A program made the translations under genes and the position numbers. The notes under the pieces were generated by a model that worked only from the letters and a program-made list of their open reading frames with translations, searched no databases and had not been told where the DNA came from. From Candidatus Omnitrophota bacterium (GTDB lineage: Bacteria; Omnitrophota; Gorgyraeia; Tantalellales; Tantalellaceae), in contig JADGBR010000010.1 in assembly GCA_015231405.1 (NCBI GenBank), forward strand, positions 14,489-78,488: DNA of 64,000 bases, in the 5' to 3' direction. Shown here in pieces: positions 18,904-28,486 of the stretch (the stretch's first letter is position 1; every line of letters starts with the position of its first letter).

Positions 18904-20124
18904 TCAACCGCCCAGTACTGAAGATAATTGGAAAATTGGCAGGAACATGCACATAACTATCCCTCCTATAACAATACCCAGAAACGCAATGATAAGCGGC
19001 TCGATCATGCTTGTCAACCCTTCCACAGCGGCATTAACCTGACTGTCGTAAAAATCGGATATCTTTGAGAGCATTTTATCCAGCTGCCCGCTTTTTTCGC
19101 CAACCGACACCATTCTTGTGACCATCGATGGAAAAACCCCGGATTTTTCGAGAGGCGTGGCGATGCTTTCGCCGTCCCTCACTTTGTCCCTTACATCGAT
19201 TATGGCTTTTTCTATTATCACGTTCCCCGACGTTTTCGCCACTATTTCAAGCGCTGAGAGTATTGGAACTCCGCTCTTAACAAGAGTGCTGAGTGTCCTT
19301 GAGAATTTGCTTATGGCGAATTTCCTGATCAGAGGGCCGAATAATGGGATGTTCAACTTCAGTCTGTCGATCTTTTTCATTCCTTTTTCCGTGCGGGCAT
19401 AGTACCTGAACCAGAAGATAAAGGCAATGACTAAGGCTATTATGATAAGAAAGTAATTGCGGAGTATATCGCTTATGTTAATGAGGATCTGCGTTGGCAA
19501 AGGCAGCTGAGCGGAAAAGCCAACGTATATCTCCTTGAACACTGGAATGACCTTTACCATTAAAACAAGCGTGATAAAAACCGCCATAGACGAAACGATC
19601 ATCGGGTACATCAGCGCCGATTTGACCTTTTTCTGCAGGTCATTGGTCTTTTCGATATAGGTAGCTACCCTGTCCAGTATAGTGTCAAGCATCCCGCTGG
19701 ATTCGCCTGCATCGATCATGTTCACGAACAAAGGGGTAAACACATCGGAGTGCTTCAGGAATGCGTCGGAAAGGCTTGATCCCGTATTTACCGAGTCCCT
19801 GACATCGGTAAGGACCTTTTTGAGTGTTATGTTATCGGTCTGGTCTATCAATATGTCCAGCGCGTTGACGACCGGTATACCTGATTCGATCATAGTGGCC
19901 AGTTGGCGGAAAAGTATGACAAGGTCATCCAGTTTGATCTTTTTTCCGCCCTTGATCCTGAAGATCGCGGCAAAGCCCTCGGGCTTTTTAACTTCTTCGA
20001 GCTTCAGGACCATCAACTGTTTCGACCTCAATATTTCGACAGCCTGACCCTTTCCCTGGGCCTCGAGATCGCCTTTTAAGGTCTTCCCGCTCCTGTCCTT
20101 GGCTGTGTAATTAAAATTCGGCAT
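18904..20124 (-). CDS. pilC: Type IV pilus/T2SS platform protein (PilC/GspF)
   Basis: FRQLATMIESGIP, GESSGML, VKSALMYP, GEKSGQLDKML, MFLPIF; start at MPNFNY. Confidence 0.95.
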   Translation of the reverse strand: MPNFNYTAKDRSGKTLKGDLEAQGKGQAVEILRSKQLMVLKLEEVKKPEGFAAIFRIKGGKKIKLDDLVILFRQLATMIESGIPVVNALDILIDQTDNITLKKVLTDVRDSVNTGSSLSDAFLKHSDVFTPLFVNMIDAGESSGMLDTILDRVATYIEKTNDLQKKVKSALMYPMIVSSMAVFITLVLMVKVIPVFKEIYVGFSAQLPLPTQILINISDILRNYFLIIIALVIAFIFWFRYYARTEKGMKKIDRLKLNIPLFGPLIRKFAISKFSRTLSTLVKSGVPILSALEIVAKTSGNVIIEKAIIDVRDKVRDGESIATPLEKSGVFPSMVTRMVSVGEKSGQLDKMLSKISDFYDSQVNAAVEGLTSMIEPLIIAFLGIVIGGIVMCMFLPIFQLSSVLGG

Positions 20125-20209
20125 GGAACCTGCCTCCGGAAAAGGATCCACGGCCCCCGGATGACTTTCCCATACAGCTCTCGGATAATTTATTCCCCAT
20201 AATTTCACC

Positions 20210-21916
20210 TCAAGTAACCCTATACACTTCCTGGAGCGTCGTATCACCCGAACAGAATTTCCTGATCGCGTTCTCCCTCAGGTTCTTGAACCCTTTTGAC
20301 CTTAGGTTCTTCTTTATCTCTTCCTCGGAAGCTCCCTTATTAATAAGCCTGGCAAGATCTTCGTCCATCATCATCGTCTCTATCGCGGCGAGCCTGCCTC
20401 TGTACCCTGTGTTATTGCACTTGGCGCAGCCTTTTCCTGTATAGAAGGACTTAACATTCCTGATTGCCGGATATCTTCCCTCCAGGCTCTGTCTTATCTC
20501 CGGAGAAAGGTCCATTTCTGTTTTGCAATACGGGCAGATCTTCCGTAATAGCCTTTGGGCACAGCACATTATCAGGCTTGAAGAAATGAGGAAAGGCTCA
20601 ACCCCCATGTTGATAAGCCTCGTTATCGCCCCGACCGAATCGTTGGTATGAAGGGTTGTAAGGACAAGATGCCCGGTCAATGAGGCTTTTATCGCGATAT
20701 CGGCTGTTTCCTGGTCCCTTATCTCGCCTATCAGGATTATATCCGGCGTCTGTCGAAGGATCGAGCGCAAACCCTCGGAAAAACCGAGCCCGATATCCTC
20801 GGAAACCGGGACCTGGGTTATCCCCTGGACCTGATATTCAACGGGATCCTCTACGGTTATTATGTTCTTCTCGGGAACATTCAATTTAGAAAGTACTGAA
20901 TATAATGTTGTGGATTTACCGCTCCCGGTAGGGCCGGTTACAAGGATAATGCCATATGGGCTTGCGATCGCCTTGTTAAAATCGGCCAGAGGTTCCGGTA
21001 GAAATCCCAAAGACTCAAGGCCCACCGACAGGTTGCTCTTATCAAGGGCCCTAAGAACTATTTTGTTCCCGAACACGGTAGGAAGCACCGATACCCTGAA
21101 GTCAATTTCCTTACCGGACATCTTTATCCTGAACCTCCCGTCCTGTGTCGTCCTGGAATCGGTGATGTCTATATTGCTCATTATTTTTATCCTCGTAGTC
21201 ACCGCCCCCTGGTTCTTTTGCGGGAGTTCAAAAGCCTCCTGTAGTTCACCGTCTATCCTGTACCGAATCCTGAGATGTTTTTCCTGGGGCTCGATATGTA
21301 TATCGCTGGCTCTCCTTTTTATCGCCTCGCTTATTATCACGGAAACAATTTTTACGATCGGAGCCCCTCCGCTTTCGGCCGAATCGGCGGAAAGGTCGAA
21401 CTCCTCGAGCTTTGTATCCCTGGACACCATCTCTACCGAAGCTATGTCCTTATTTGCGTCGAGAATGCTGTCGACGTCAAGATCATCGTTCCTGCCGGAT
21501 GAAAGGCTGGCCTCAATATCTTTACGCAAAGCCAGAAGAACGCTGATTTCACAGCCGGTCACTGTCTTCACGTCGTCAAGCGCCATTATATCCGACGGGT
21601 CGGAGATGGCTACGGTCAGGAAATCATCGATCCTGGATACCGCGATCACCTTATACTTGTGCGATATCTTGTCCGGGATGAGATTTCGGATATCAGGCGA
21701 TATCTCTATCCTGGAGAGAATGACCGGCACGATCCCGAAACAAACGCTCATCGAAGAAAGAAGATCGTCCCGTTTGACCATTTTTTCATCCAATAAACGG
21801 GTAAATAGGTCGACTCCAGGCCCAAGAGGCTTTTCCGTTGACGAGCGCCACTTTTCATCCAGGCATCCTTTCTTCTGAAGGATATCAAGTATCTTTTCCT
21901 GTGTTTTCTTATCCAT
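20210..21916 (-). CDS. pilB: Pilus assembly ATPase PilB/GspE, paralogue 2
   Basis: ASDIHIEP, QDGRF, GPTGSGKSTT, TVEDPVEY, LRQTPD, GEIRD, LTGHLVLTTLH, tetracysteine motif. Confidence 0.93.
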   Translation of the reverse strand: MDKKTQEKILDILQKKGCLDEKWRSSTEKPLGPGVDLFTRLLDEKMVKRDDLLSSMSVCFGIVPVILSRIEISPDIRNLIPDKISHKYKVIAVSRIDDFLTVAISDPSDIMALDDVKTVTGCEISVLLALRKDIEASLSSGRNDDLDVDSILDANKDIASVEMVSRDTKLEEFDLSADSAESGGAPIVKIVSVIISEAIKRRASDIHIEPQEKHLRIRYRIDGELQEAFELPQKNQGAVTTRIKIMSNIDITDSRTTQDGRFRIKMSGKEIDFRVSVLPTVFGNKIVLRALDKSNLSVGLESLGFLPEPLADFNKAIASPYGIILVTGPTGSGKSTTLYSVLSKLNVPEKNIITVEDPVEYQVQGITQVPVSEDIGLGFSEGLRSILRQTPDIILIGEIRDQETADIAIKASLTGHLVLTTLHTNDSVGAITRLINMGVEPFLISSSLIMCCAQRLLRKICPYCKTEMDLSPEIRQSLEGRYPAIRNVKSFYTGKGCAKCNNTGYRGRLAAIETMMMDEDLARLINKGASEEEIKKNLRSKGFKNLRENAIRKFCSGDTTLQEVYRVT

Positions 21917-23642
21917 TGCTATTATCCATACTCCTGTCATCCATGGTCACCCTTAATATTTCCTCAAGGGAAGTGACGCCTAGAATGACGTTCTCCATAC
22001 CGTTCATCCTGAGAGTAATCATCCCCTCCTCTCTGGCCTTCTTCTCAAGCTCAGGCTCATCAGCTCCCCTGAACAATATCTCCTTTATAGCCGGAGTCAT
22101 CCTGAGGCACTCAACGATCACCGCCCTCCCCTTGTATCCGGAATTCATACAAACGGGGCACCCTTTCGGACGGTATATGCCTTTTATCTTACCATCGGGA
22201 CCTATGAGCCCGAATTTCCTGGCGGTCTTCTCCTCGGGAACAAAATACTCCCTGCATTCCCTGCAGAGCTTTCTGACAAGCCTTTGGGCTATGATCATAA
22301 TGACCGACGACGCGATAAGGAAAGGCTCAACGCCCATATTGACCAGACGGACGATTGACCCTGAAGCGCTGTTGGTATGCAATGTACTCAGCACCAGATG
22401 CCCTGTCAGAGCGGATTTGATAGCTATATCCACCGTCTCAAAATCCCTGATCTCCCCTATCAGTATAATATCCGGGTCCTGTCTGAGTATTGACCTCAAA
22501 CAACTCGAGAATGTCAGCCCTATTTCACTCTTCACATTCACCTGGTTTATCCCCGATAGCTCATATTCGACCGGGTCCTCTACGGTGACTAGGTTCCTGC
22601 CTGGAGAATCGACATATTTCAGTATTGAGTAGAGTGTCGTAGTTTTACCGGAACCGGTGGGGCCGCAGGCGAGTATCATCCCATGAGGCTTTTCGCTTTC
22701 CTCTATAATAGATTCCCTGTCACGGTCCTGAAGCCCCAGCCTGTTTATATCCACCATCACCTGGTCTTTGTCCAGTATCCTGAGACATGCCTTCTCACCT
22801 GTGATGGAAGGAAGTATGGATAAACGGAAATCAACCTTCCGCCCCTCGACCTTTATCTGGAACCTTCCGTCCTGGGGCAGCCTTCTCTCGGCGATATTCA
22901 GCATGGACATGACCTTCAGCCTCGAAATAAGCGAAGCGTGATATTTTTTCGGGGGCGTCTCTATCTCATGGAGTATCCCGTCGATCCTGTACCTTACGCG
23001 GAAAGTCCTTTCCATAGGCTCTATAAGTATATCGCTGGCTCCCTGTTTTACGCCGCGTCCGAGAATTAGATTGGCAAGTTTGATAATAGGGGTATCTTCG
23101 GCCGCGCTTAGGAGATCCCCGGAAGTGGCTTCTTCCTCTTCTCCGAGCATCTGCATCTCGGAGGCACCGATATCGTCGACTATCTTCTCTATCTCCTCGT
23201 CGGCCGAACGTTCGTAAAACCGGGTAATGGCTTCCCGCATCACGTCCTTATCGGAAAGAACGGCCCTCAGATTAAGCTTTGTGATGGCCTTCAGGTCGTC
23301 CATGGCGAAAATATTAGTCGGGTCGGTAATAGCCACCGTCAGCACATCACCCAATCTGGCCACCGGTAGGACCATGTACATCAAAGCCACCCTTTTAGGT
23401 AAGATACTGACGAGGTCTCTGTCAATGTTGATCCGGGAAAGGTCCAGCGGGGTAATACCGGTCAACATACTGACCGATGAAAGAAAAGTCTCCCTTGATA
23501 TCTTATGGAGCTTAATAAGGATATCCGTGACATTCTCGCCGCTTTCGAAAAATATTTCGCGCGCCTCTTTAAGATCAAGGGCGGACAGCTTCCCACCCTT
23601 TACCATATGATCGCAGATTTTATCTTCCAGGGTCATACCCAT
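21909..23642 (-). CDS. pilB: Pilus assembly ATPase PilB/GspE, paralogue 1
   Basis: ASDILIEP, PQDGRF, GPTGSGKTTT, LRQDPD, GEIRD, tetracysteine motif. Confidence 0.93.
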   Translation of the reverse strand: MGMTLEDKICDHMVKGGKLSALDLKEAREIFFESGENVTDILIKLHKISRETFLSSVSMLTGITPLDLSRINIDRDLVSILPKRVALMYMVLPVARLGDVLTVAITDPTNIFAMDDLKAITKLNLRAVLSDKDVMREAITRFYERSADEEIEKIVDDIGASEMQMLGEEEEATSGDLLSAAEDTPIIKLANLILGRGVKQGASDILIEPMERTFRVRYRIDGILHEIETPPKKYHASLISRLKVMSMLNIAERRLPQDGRFQIKVEGRKVDFRLSILPSITGEKACLRILDKDQVMVDINRLGLQDRDRESIIEESEKPHGMILACGPTGSGKTTTLYSILKYVDSPGRNLVTVEDPVEYELSGINQVNVKSEIGLTFSSCLRSILRQDPDIILIGEIRDFETVDIAIKSALTGHLVLSTLHTNSASGSIVRLVNMGVEPFLIASSVIMIIAQRLVRKLCRECREYFVPEEKTARKFGLIGPDGKIKGIYRPKGCPVCMNSGYKGRAVIVECLRMTPAIKEILFRGADEPELEKKAREEGMITLRMNGMENVILGVTSLEEILRVTMDDRSMDNSNG

Positions 23643-23685
23643 TGTTCCCCTCTTCCAGAGGCTGTTCATTCCCGCCTGGATAGGA

Positions 23686-23742
23686 TCAGATACCCGGAAT
23701 TCAGAATTCAGATCCCGGAACTCAGAAGCCAGGAGCCGGAAT
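23686..23742. repeat. Degenerate heptamer tandem repeat (CCGGAAT/TCAGAAT)
   Basis: About 8 units with 7-bp period in intergenic DNA. Confidence 0.7.
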
Positions 23743-24192
23743 TTAGCTTTTTGAAGAATAGATCTTATTCAAGGCCGAATCAATATCAGAAATCACAGCG
23801 ATAAAGGATCTCACCGTTCTCATAGAGATCTCTTCCACATATTCAACGCTCTTCGTGTCCAGTGGATTCGCCATGGCAACGACGAGTATATCCCCGATAA
23901 GGTCGATAGGCGCGACTTTGTGTTCCCTGGCCATGGCTTCAGGTATGAACTTCGAGGCGTCCTTATTGAATTCGAACGATCCAAGAGTTATGAACGGGCA
24001 ACCGTATTGTGTTATAATGGCCTTCGTTATATCCCTGTCGGTCATAAAATTGAGCTTTACCAGGTTTTCGCCGAGAAGACCACCTTCGTTGGATTGCAGC
24101 TCCAAAGCCTCTCTTACCTGGCTCTGGGAGACCACACCCTGCCTTATAAGTATTTCACCTATCTTATCGTCGGTCAGCCTCTTGAACGTCAC
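23743..24192 (-). CDS. Stand-alone MshEN/GspE N-terminal domain protein (putative c-di-GMP receptor)
   Basis: KIGEILIRQGVVSQSQVREALELQ...LLGENLVKLNF; VAMANPLD; no ATPase domain. Confidence 0.8.
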   Translation of the reverse strand: MTFKRLTDDKIGEILIRQGVVSQSQVREALELQSNEGGLLGENLVKLNFMTDRDITKAIITQYGCPFITLGSFEFNKDASKFIPEAMAREHKVAPIDLIGDILVVAMANPLDTKSVEYVEEISMRTVRSFIAVISDIDSALNKIYSSKS

Positions 24193-24251
24193 TGTTTCCT
24201 CCCTTCGTCGTTCACTCGAACCCCATGAGCCTTATCCGTGCGCCATGACGA

Positions 24252-25313
24252 TCACCCTATCAGTTTCATCAGCTCCTCAACGTCCTGGCTTCTTGAGAGA
24301 GCATCGTCATATGAAATTATATCTTTTTTATAGAGCTCAAGAAGCGACTGATTCATCGTTTTCATACCCAGCCGCTGAGAGGTCTGTATCGTAGAATAAA
24401 TGTGATGAACCCTTTCATCCCGGATCATGTTCCGGATAGGAGGCGTAACAACCAGGATCTCGGCCGCCAGCACCCGGTCTGTCATCGTCTTATTAGTGAT
24501 CAACTGCTGGGACACTATCCCGAGAAGGACGAAAGAAAGCTGCGTGCGTATCTGTTTCTGCTGATGGGCCGGGAAGACGTCTACTATCCTGTTTATCGTC
24601 TGTATACTGTCGGATGTATGGAGCGTCCCAAGAACAAGATGGCCTGTATCGGCTATGACCAGGGCGCTTTGAATGCTTTCATAATCGCGAAGCTCGCCGA
24701 TAAGGATCACGTCCGGATCCTGCCTCAGAACATGCCGTAGAGAGTTATTAAAAGAGAGTGTGTCGAACCCCACCTCCCTCTGGTCAATAACCGCGGAAAT
24801 GTTATGGTGAACGTACTCTATAGGGTCCTCGACCGTTACGATATGGCACTTACGCGTTTTGTTGATCTCATTTACCATGGCCGCCAATGTAGTGGATTTA
24901 CCGCTTCCCGTCGCCCCCGTAACGAGAACAAGCCCTTTGGGGAACCGGCAAAAGTCTTTAAGAACGCTCTCAGGAAGGCCGCATTCTGAAATACTCCTTA
25001 TTTTTATGGGGATCATCCTTATCGCGCACCCTACATGACCTCTCTGCAAAAATACATTGGCCCTGAACCTGGATACGTTCTTGATAAAGAAAGCGAAATC
25101 CATTTCCTTATGTTCTTCGAATTTCCTTATCTGATCCTCCGACATCAGGCTGTACGCCATCCTTTTGGATTCCTCCGGAGACGTTATCTCCTCTCCTATC
25201 TTCACTAGATCGTTATTTATCCTGTAATGGAGCTGGCTTTCCGCTGAAATATGGAGATCGGAGGCGTTTTTAGCGGGCATAGCCTCGAGTAACTTTCTTA
25301 TTTTATCGTCCAT
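24252..25313 (-). CDS. pilT: Type IV pilus retraction ATPase
   Basis: ASDLHI, RFRANVF, GATGSGKSTT, TVEDPIEY, LRQDPD, IRNMIRD (AIRNLIRE-like). Confidence 0.95.
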   Translation of the reverse strand: MDDKIRKLLEAMPAKNASDLHISAESQLHYRINNDLVKIGEEITSPEESKRMAYSLMSEDQIRKFEEHKEMDFAFFIKNVSRFRANVFLQRGHVGCAIRMIPIKIRSISECGLPESVLKDFCRFPKGLVLVTGATGSGKSTTLAAMVNEINKTRKCHIVTVEDPIEYVHHNISAVIDQREVGFDTLSFNNSLRHVLRQDPDVILIGELRDYESIQSALVIADTGHLVLGTLHTSDSIQTINRIVDVFPAHQQKQIRTQLSFVLLGIVSQQLITNKTMTDRVLAAEILVVTPPIRNMIRDERVHHIYSTIQTSQRLGMKTMNQSLLELYKKDIISYDDALSRSQDVEELMKLIG

Positions 25314-25343
25314 CCATGGCCTCCTCCCAGTAGGCTAACATTA

Positions 25344-25372
25344 ATAATACCTTAATGGCAGGTGAAAGTCAA
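25344..25372 (-). promoter_or_regulatory. Putative sigma70 promoter of pilT operon
   Basis: TTGACT-17 bp-TATTAT. Confidence 0.6.
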
Positions 25373-25492
25373 AAAGGGCGCTTAGAGCAAAGAAGAATAA
25401 AAAAATGCCATCCCCGCAAAAACTGTGACCCAATAAAATTATTTTCATGTGATCCCCGCTTTCCAGAGGATAACGTCACTTGTCCCTTATCT

Positions 25493-27253
25493 CTAACTCG
25501 AAGCCCCATCCCGACGATACAGCCCGCTCTCCCTAAGTTCCTCCCTGAGCGACTCGTCGGATAACTCCGTACGAATATGCCCCCAGGGTAACGGGTCATC
25601 CGGGGAAAGGGTTTTCCCGGCCTCGCGCCTCATGTCCATCGAATTTTCGGCAAAAGCTCTCTCCCATGCCGCGAGATCGAAGAACTCCGACCACCCGTCC
25701 ATCTTCGCTCCGTTCTTCCAGGCGGAATGAATGACATCCCCCATCGAATAGTCGCCTCTGGCCATACAACCTTCCAGGAGCGACCTCGGGATGTCATGGA
25801 ACTTGATCTCTACGTTATTGCTGGATCCGTTGACAAGGTGTTTTTTAGCTTCTATAAGATTAATTTCGGGGGCCATTCCGAGCCATTGCAGGGAGGTCTG
25901 TGGTTTTGGTATGAAGGGATTAACGCTGACGCTTAATTTAGCGGCTTTCTTCCCGTATTCCCTTCGGAGTGAAGATATACTCCGGCACCAGCCTATTATC
26001 CCGGTTGTTTCCTTGAGCGGGTCTTGAGTAAACCCTACCATGAAATAAAGTTTGAGCCGGTCCCACCCCATGGAAAAAGCCCTGCCGGCCGATCTTTTTA
26101 GCACTTCGTAATCTATATCCTTTCCTATCGCGGACATAACTTCGGGAGAGGCCGTTTCCGGGGCGAAAGTCAACCCGGCTTTCTTTATCATCGATATTAC
26201 CTCGGGCAATTCGTAAAATGACTCGTCCACCCTAAGCGAAGGAATGTTTATCCCCATACCTTTTCCTGCGAAACGAGCGTTCAAGACCTTTACAAGAGTT
26301 ACAATGTCGGGATAATTCACGCTTGAAAGAGATAAAAGCGATATCTCATCATACCCGGTATTCAAATATGTTTCCCAGCATAATCGCTCGATGACATCCT
26401 TGCTCCTGATCCTGAGAGGCCTGTTCACTGCGCTCGCCTGGCAGAACCGGCACCTGTTCGGGCACCCTCTCATTATTTCGACCATAATGCGCTCATGCAC
26501 TATCTTTATGAAAGGAACTATCTGTTTTGTCGGGTAATACGCCTTATTGAGATCTTTAACCGAAGCTTTACTGACGGTCTTGGGAATACCCAAGCCCAAG
26601 GGCTCGACTATCGTTATCTTCCCGATTTTCTTTTTCTGGTAGAGCGCGGGCATGTAGATCCCAGCCATCCCGGCCAGCATTGCCAGTTTTTGCTTTCTGC
26701 CCAGTGGTCTTTCACGGATCGCGCCGTATTTTTCAAGAAATTCAGGCAACGTATCTTCGGCGTCGCCTATGAAAAAGACATCGATGAACCCGCTCATGGG
26801 CTCGGGGTTATAACAGCAGGAGCCACCGGCGATAACAAGGGGCTCCTCATCGCCCCTTTCCGCGGATAAGACCGTTATCCCCGACAACTCGAGCATGTTG
26901 AGGACATTCGTGTACGTGAGCTCGTACGACAGGGAGAATCCCAGGACATCGAACTTATTGATGTCGGTCTTGGACTCCAGGCTGAACAGCCTTCTTCCGC
27001 CCGACCTCAGTTCCCGCTCGATATCAGGCCATGGAGCGAAAACCCTTTCGCATGATACGTCATCGATTTCATTCAGCAGATGATAGAGTATCTTGATCCC
27101 TAAATAACTCATACCTATCTCATAGACATCGGGATATGCCAGAGCCACTGTTATCCGTCCGTCTCGCGGCTTTTTCCGGACAATGTTCGTCTCTTCCCCG
27201 ATGTACCTGCCGGGCTTTTCGACTTTCTTGAATATTTCCAAAAGATCGGTCAT
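25493..27253 (-). CDS. TIGR03960-type B12-binding radical SAM protein
   Basis: KPGRYIG, YPDVYEIGMSYLG, EIMRGCPNRCRFCQA, GLTFAPE, LPWGHI. Confidence 0.88.
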   Translation of the reverse strand: MTDLLEIFKKVEKPGRYIGEETNIVRKKPRDGRITVALAYPDVYEIGMSYLGIKILYHLLNEIDDVSCERVFAPWPDIERELRSGGRRLFSLESKTDINKFDVLGFSLSYELTYTNVLNMLELSGITVLSAERGDEEPLVIAGGSCCYNPEPMSGFIDVFFIGDAEDTLPEFLEKYGAIRERPLGRKQKLAMLAGMAGIYMPALYQKKKIGKITIVEPLGLGIPKTVSKASVKDLNKAYYPTKQIVPFIKIVHERIMVEIMRGCPNRCRFCQASAVNRPLRIRSKDVIERLCWETYLNTGYDEISLLSLSSVNYPDIVTLVKVLNARFAGKGMGINIPSLRVDESFYELPEVISMIKKAGLTFAPETASPEVMSAIGKDIDYEVLKRSAGRAFSMGWDRLKLYFMVGFTQDPLKETTGIIGWCRSISSLRREYGKKAAKLSVSVNPFIPKPQTSLQWLGMAPEINLIEAKKHLVNGSSNNVEIKFHDIPRSLLEGCMARGDYSMGDVIHSAWKNGAKMDGWSEFFDLAAWERAFAENSMDMRREAGKTLSPDDPLPWGHIRTELSDESLREELRESGLYRRDGASS

Positions 27254-27309
27254 AGTGTCCTTTTAGCTTTTTCTCGTTCCCTCGGCATGCTGCCCTTATC
27301 AAGAAACGC

Positions 27310-27377
27310 GTGATTCGTGGTTCGTGGTTCGTTTCAAGTAATAGCCCCACCTTCCCGCACCACGAACCACGAATCAC
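27310..27377. repeat. Heptamer-based (GGTTCGT) perfect 19-bp inverted repeat
   Basis: GTGATTCGTGGTTCGTGGT at 27310-27328 and its reverse complement at 27359-27377. Confidence 0.9.
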
Positions 27378-27391
27378 AAATGTATATTTTC

Positions 27392-28486
27392 TTACCTAAC
27401 CCTCTGTCTGCTAACACTTAACATGAGCCCCGTCCCGACAAGGAACACGATCGCGCTCGACCCGCCGTAACTGATGAGCGGCAGCGGAAAACCCACGACG
27501 GGCATAAGCCCTATTGTCATCGATATATTTACGACTACCTGCACCGCGAAAAGAGTGACTATTCCCGTCACAACACCTTTCCCGAAAATATCGTCAGTGC
27601 CGGATATAATCCGCACCCCTCTGGCCACTACGATAGCGTACAGCAAAAGAAGGACAATGGCTCCGGCAAAACCCCATTCTTCCCCTATCACCGAAAAAAT
27701 AAAATCTGTATGGCGCTCCGGAAGGAATTTCAGCTGGCTTTGTGTGCCATGAAGCCACCCTTTCCCTAAAAACCCTCCGGAGCCTATGGCTATCTTAGAC
27801 TGAATGATCGTATAACCCGCACCAAGAGGATCAAGGTTAGGGTTCAGGAAAACCATAAGTCGGCTCTTCTGGTAACCTTTCAAGAGGTTCCAAAAGAGGG
27901 GCGTACTTATCAGCCCTAATATGATGGTCGTCATCATATATTTAATGTTCTCGCCGGAGACGAACAATACCGCGTAAACTACCGGGACAAGTATCATGGC
28001 GGTCCCAAGATCCGGCTGTTTAAATATCAGCAGAAAAGCGGGAGCGACAAGGGCTAATGCTAGAACAAAATTTCCAAGCGACCGGGCTCTTTCTTTTCTG
28101 GCGCGCAATAATCCCGATAGGACAAGTATGACCGCCAGTTTCACGAACTCTGAAGGTTGTATAGAAAAGAACCCAAGACCTATCCACCTTTTCGCGCCGA
28201 ACCTTTCGCCGCCCAGCATGAGCAGGAACACCAGCAGCACCAAAATAACAAGATAGAATATCGGCGCGAAATCCATGCTCCGCCTGTAATCCGAATTAGC
28301 AATGAGGACCATGACGGCCAATCCGGCAAATATCCAAATAGCCTGCTTGATCACGATCTGGCTTATCACAGGACCATCAGTGCCTCTCTGTGACGAGGCA
28401 CTGAAAACGAAAAATATGCCCAATAATGATATCGTAATAACTGCAGCCAAAAGTGTCTTATCCATCTTGCCGTATCCTGATCTCAT
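27392..28486 (-). CDS. rodA: Rod shape-determining SEDS protein RodA
   Basis: GAKRWI, QPSEFVK, QPDLGTA, FLPERHTDFIF, LPLISYGGS; follows mrdA. Confidence 0.96.
   Translation of the reverse strand: MRSGYGKMDKTLLAAVITISLLGIFFVFSASSQRGTDGPVISQIVIKQAIWIFAGLAVMVLIANSDYRRSMDFAPIFYLVILVLLVFLLMLGGERFGAKRWIGLGFFSIQPSEFVKLAVILVLSGLLRARKERARSLGNFVLALALVAPAFLLIFKQPDLGTAMILVPVVYAVLFVSGENIKYMMTTIILGLISTPLFWNLLKGYQKSRLMVFLNPNLDPLGAGYTIIQSKIAIGSGGFLGKGWLHGTQSQLKFLPERHTDFIFSVIGEEWGFAGAIVLLLLYAIVVARGVRIISGTDDIFGKGVVTGIVTLFAVQVVVNISMTIGLMPVVGFPLPLISYGGSSAIVFLVGTGLMLSVSRQRVR

Noticed and set aside
18408-25313. Type II secretion system
   Set aside because: PilT and a separately transcribed pilin point to type IV pili; no secretin or GspCLM here.
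25314-25492. Small ORFs or ncRNA between pilT and the radical SAM gene
   Set aside because: The ORFs overlap a real gene and the pilT promoter; no convincing structure.
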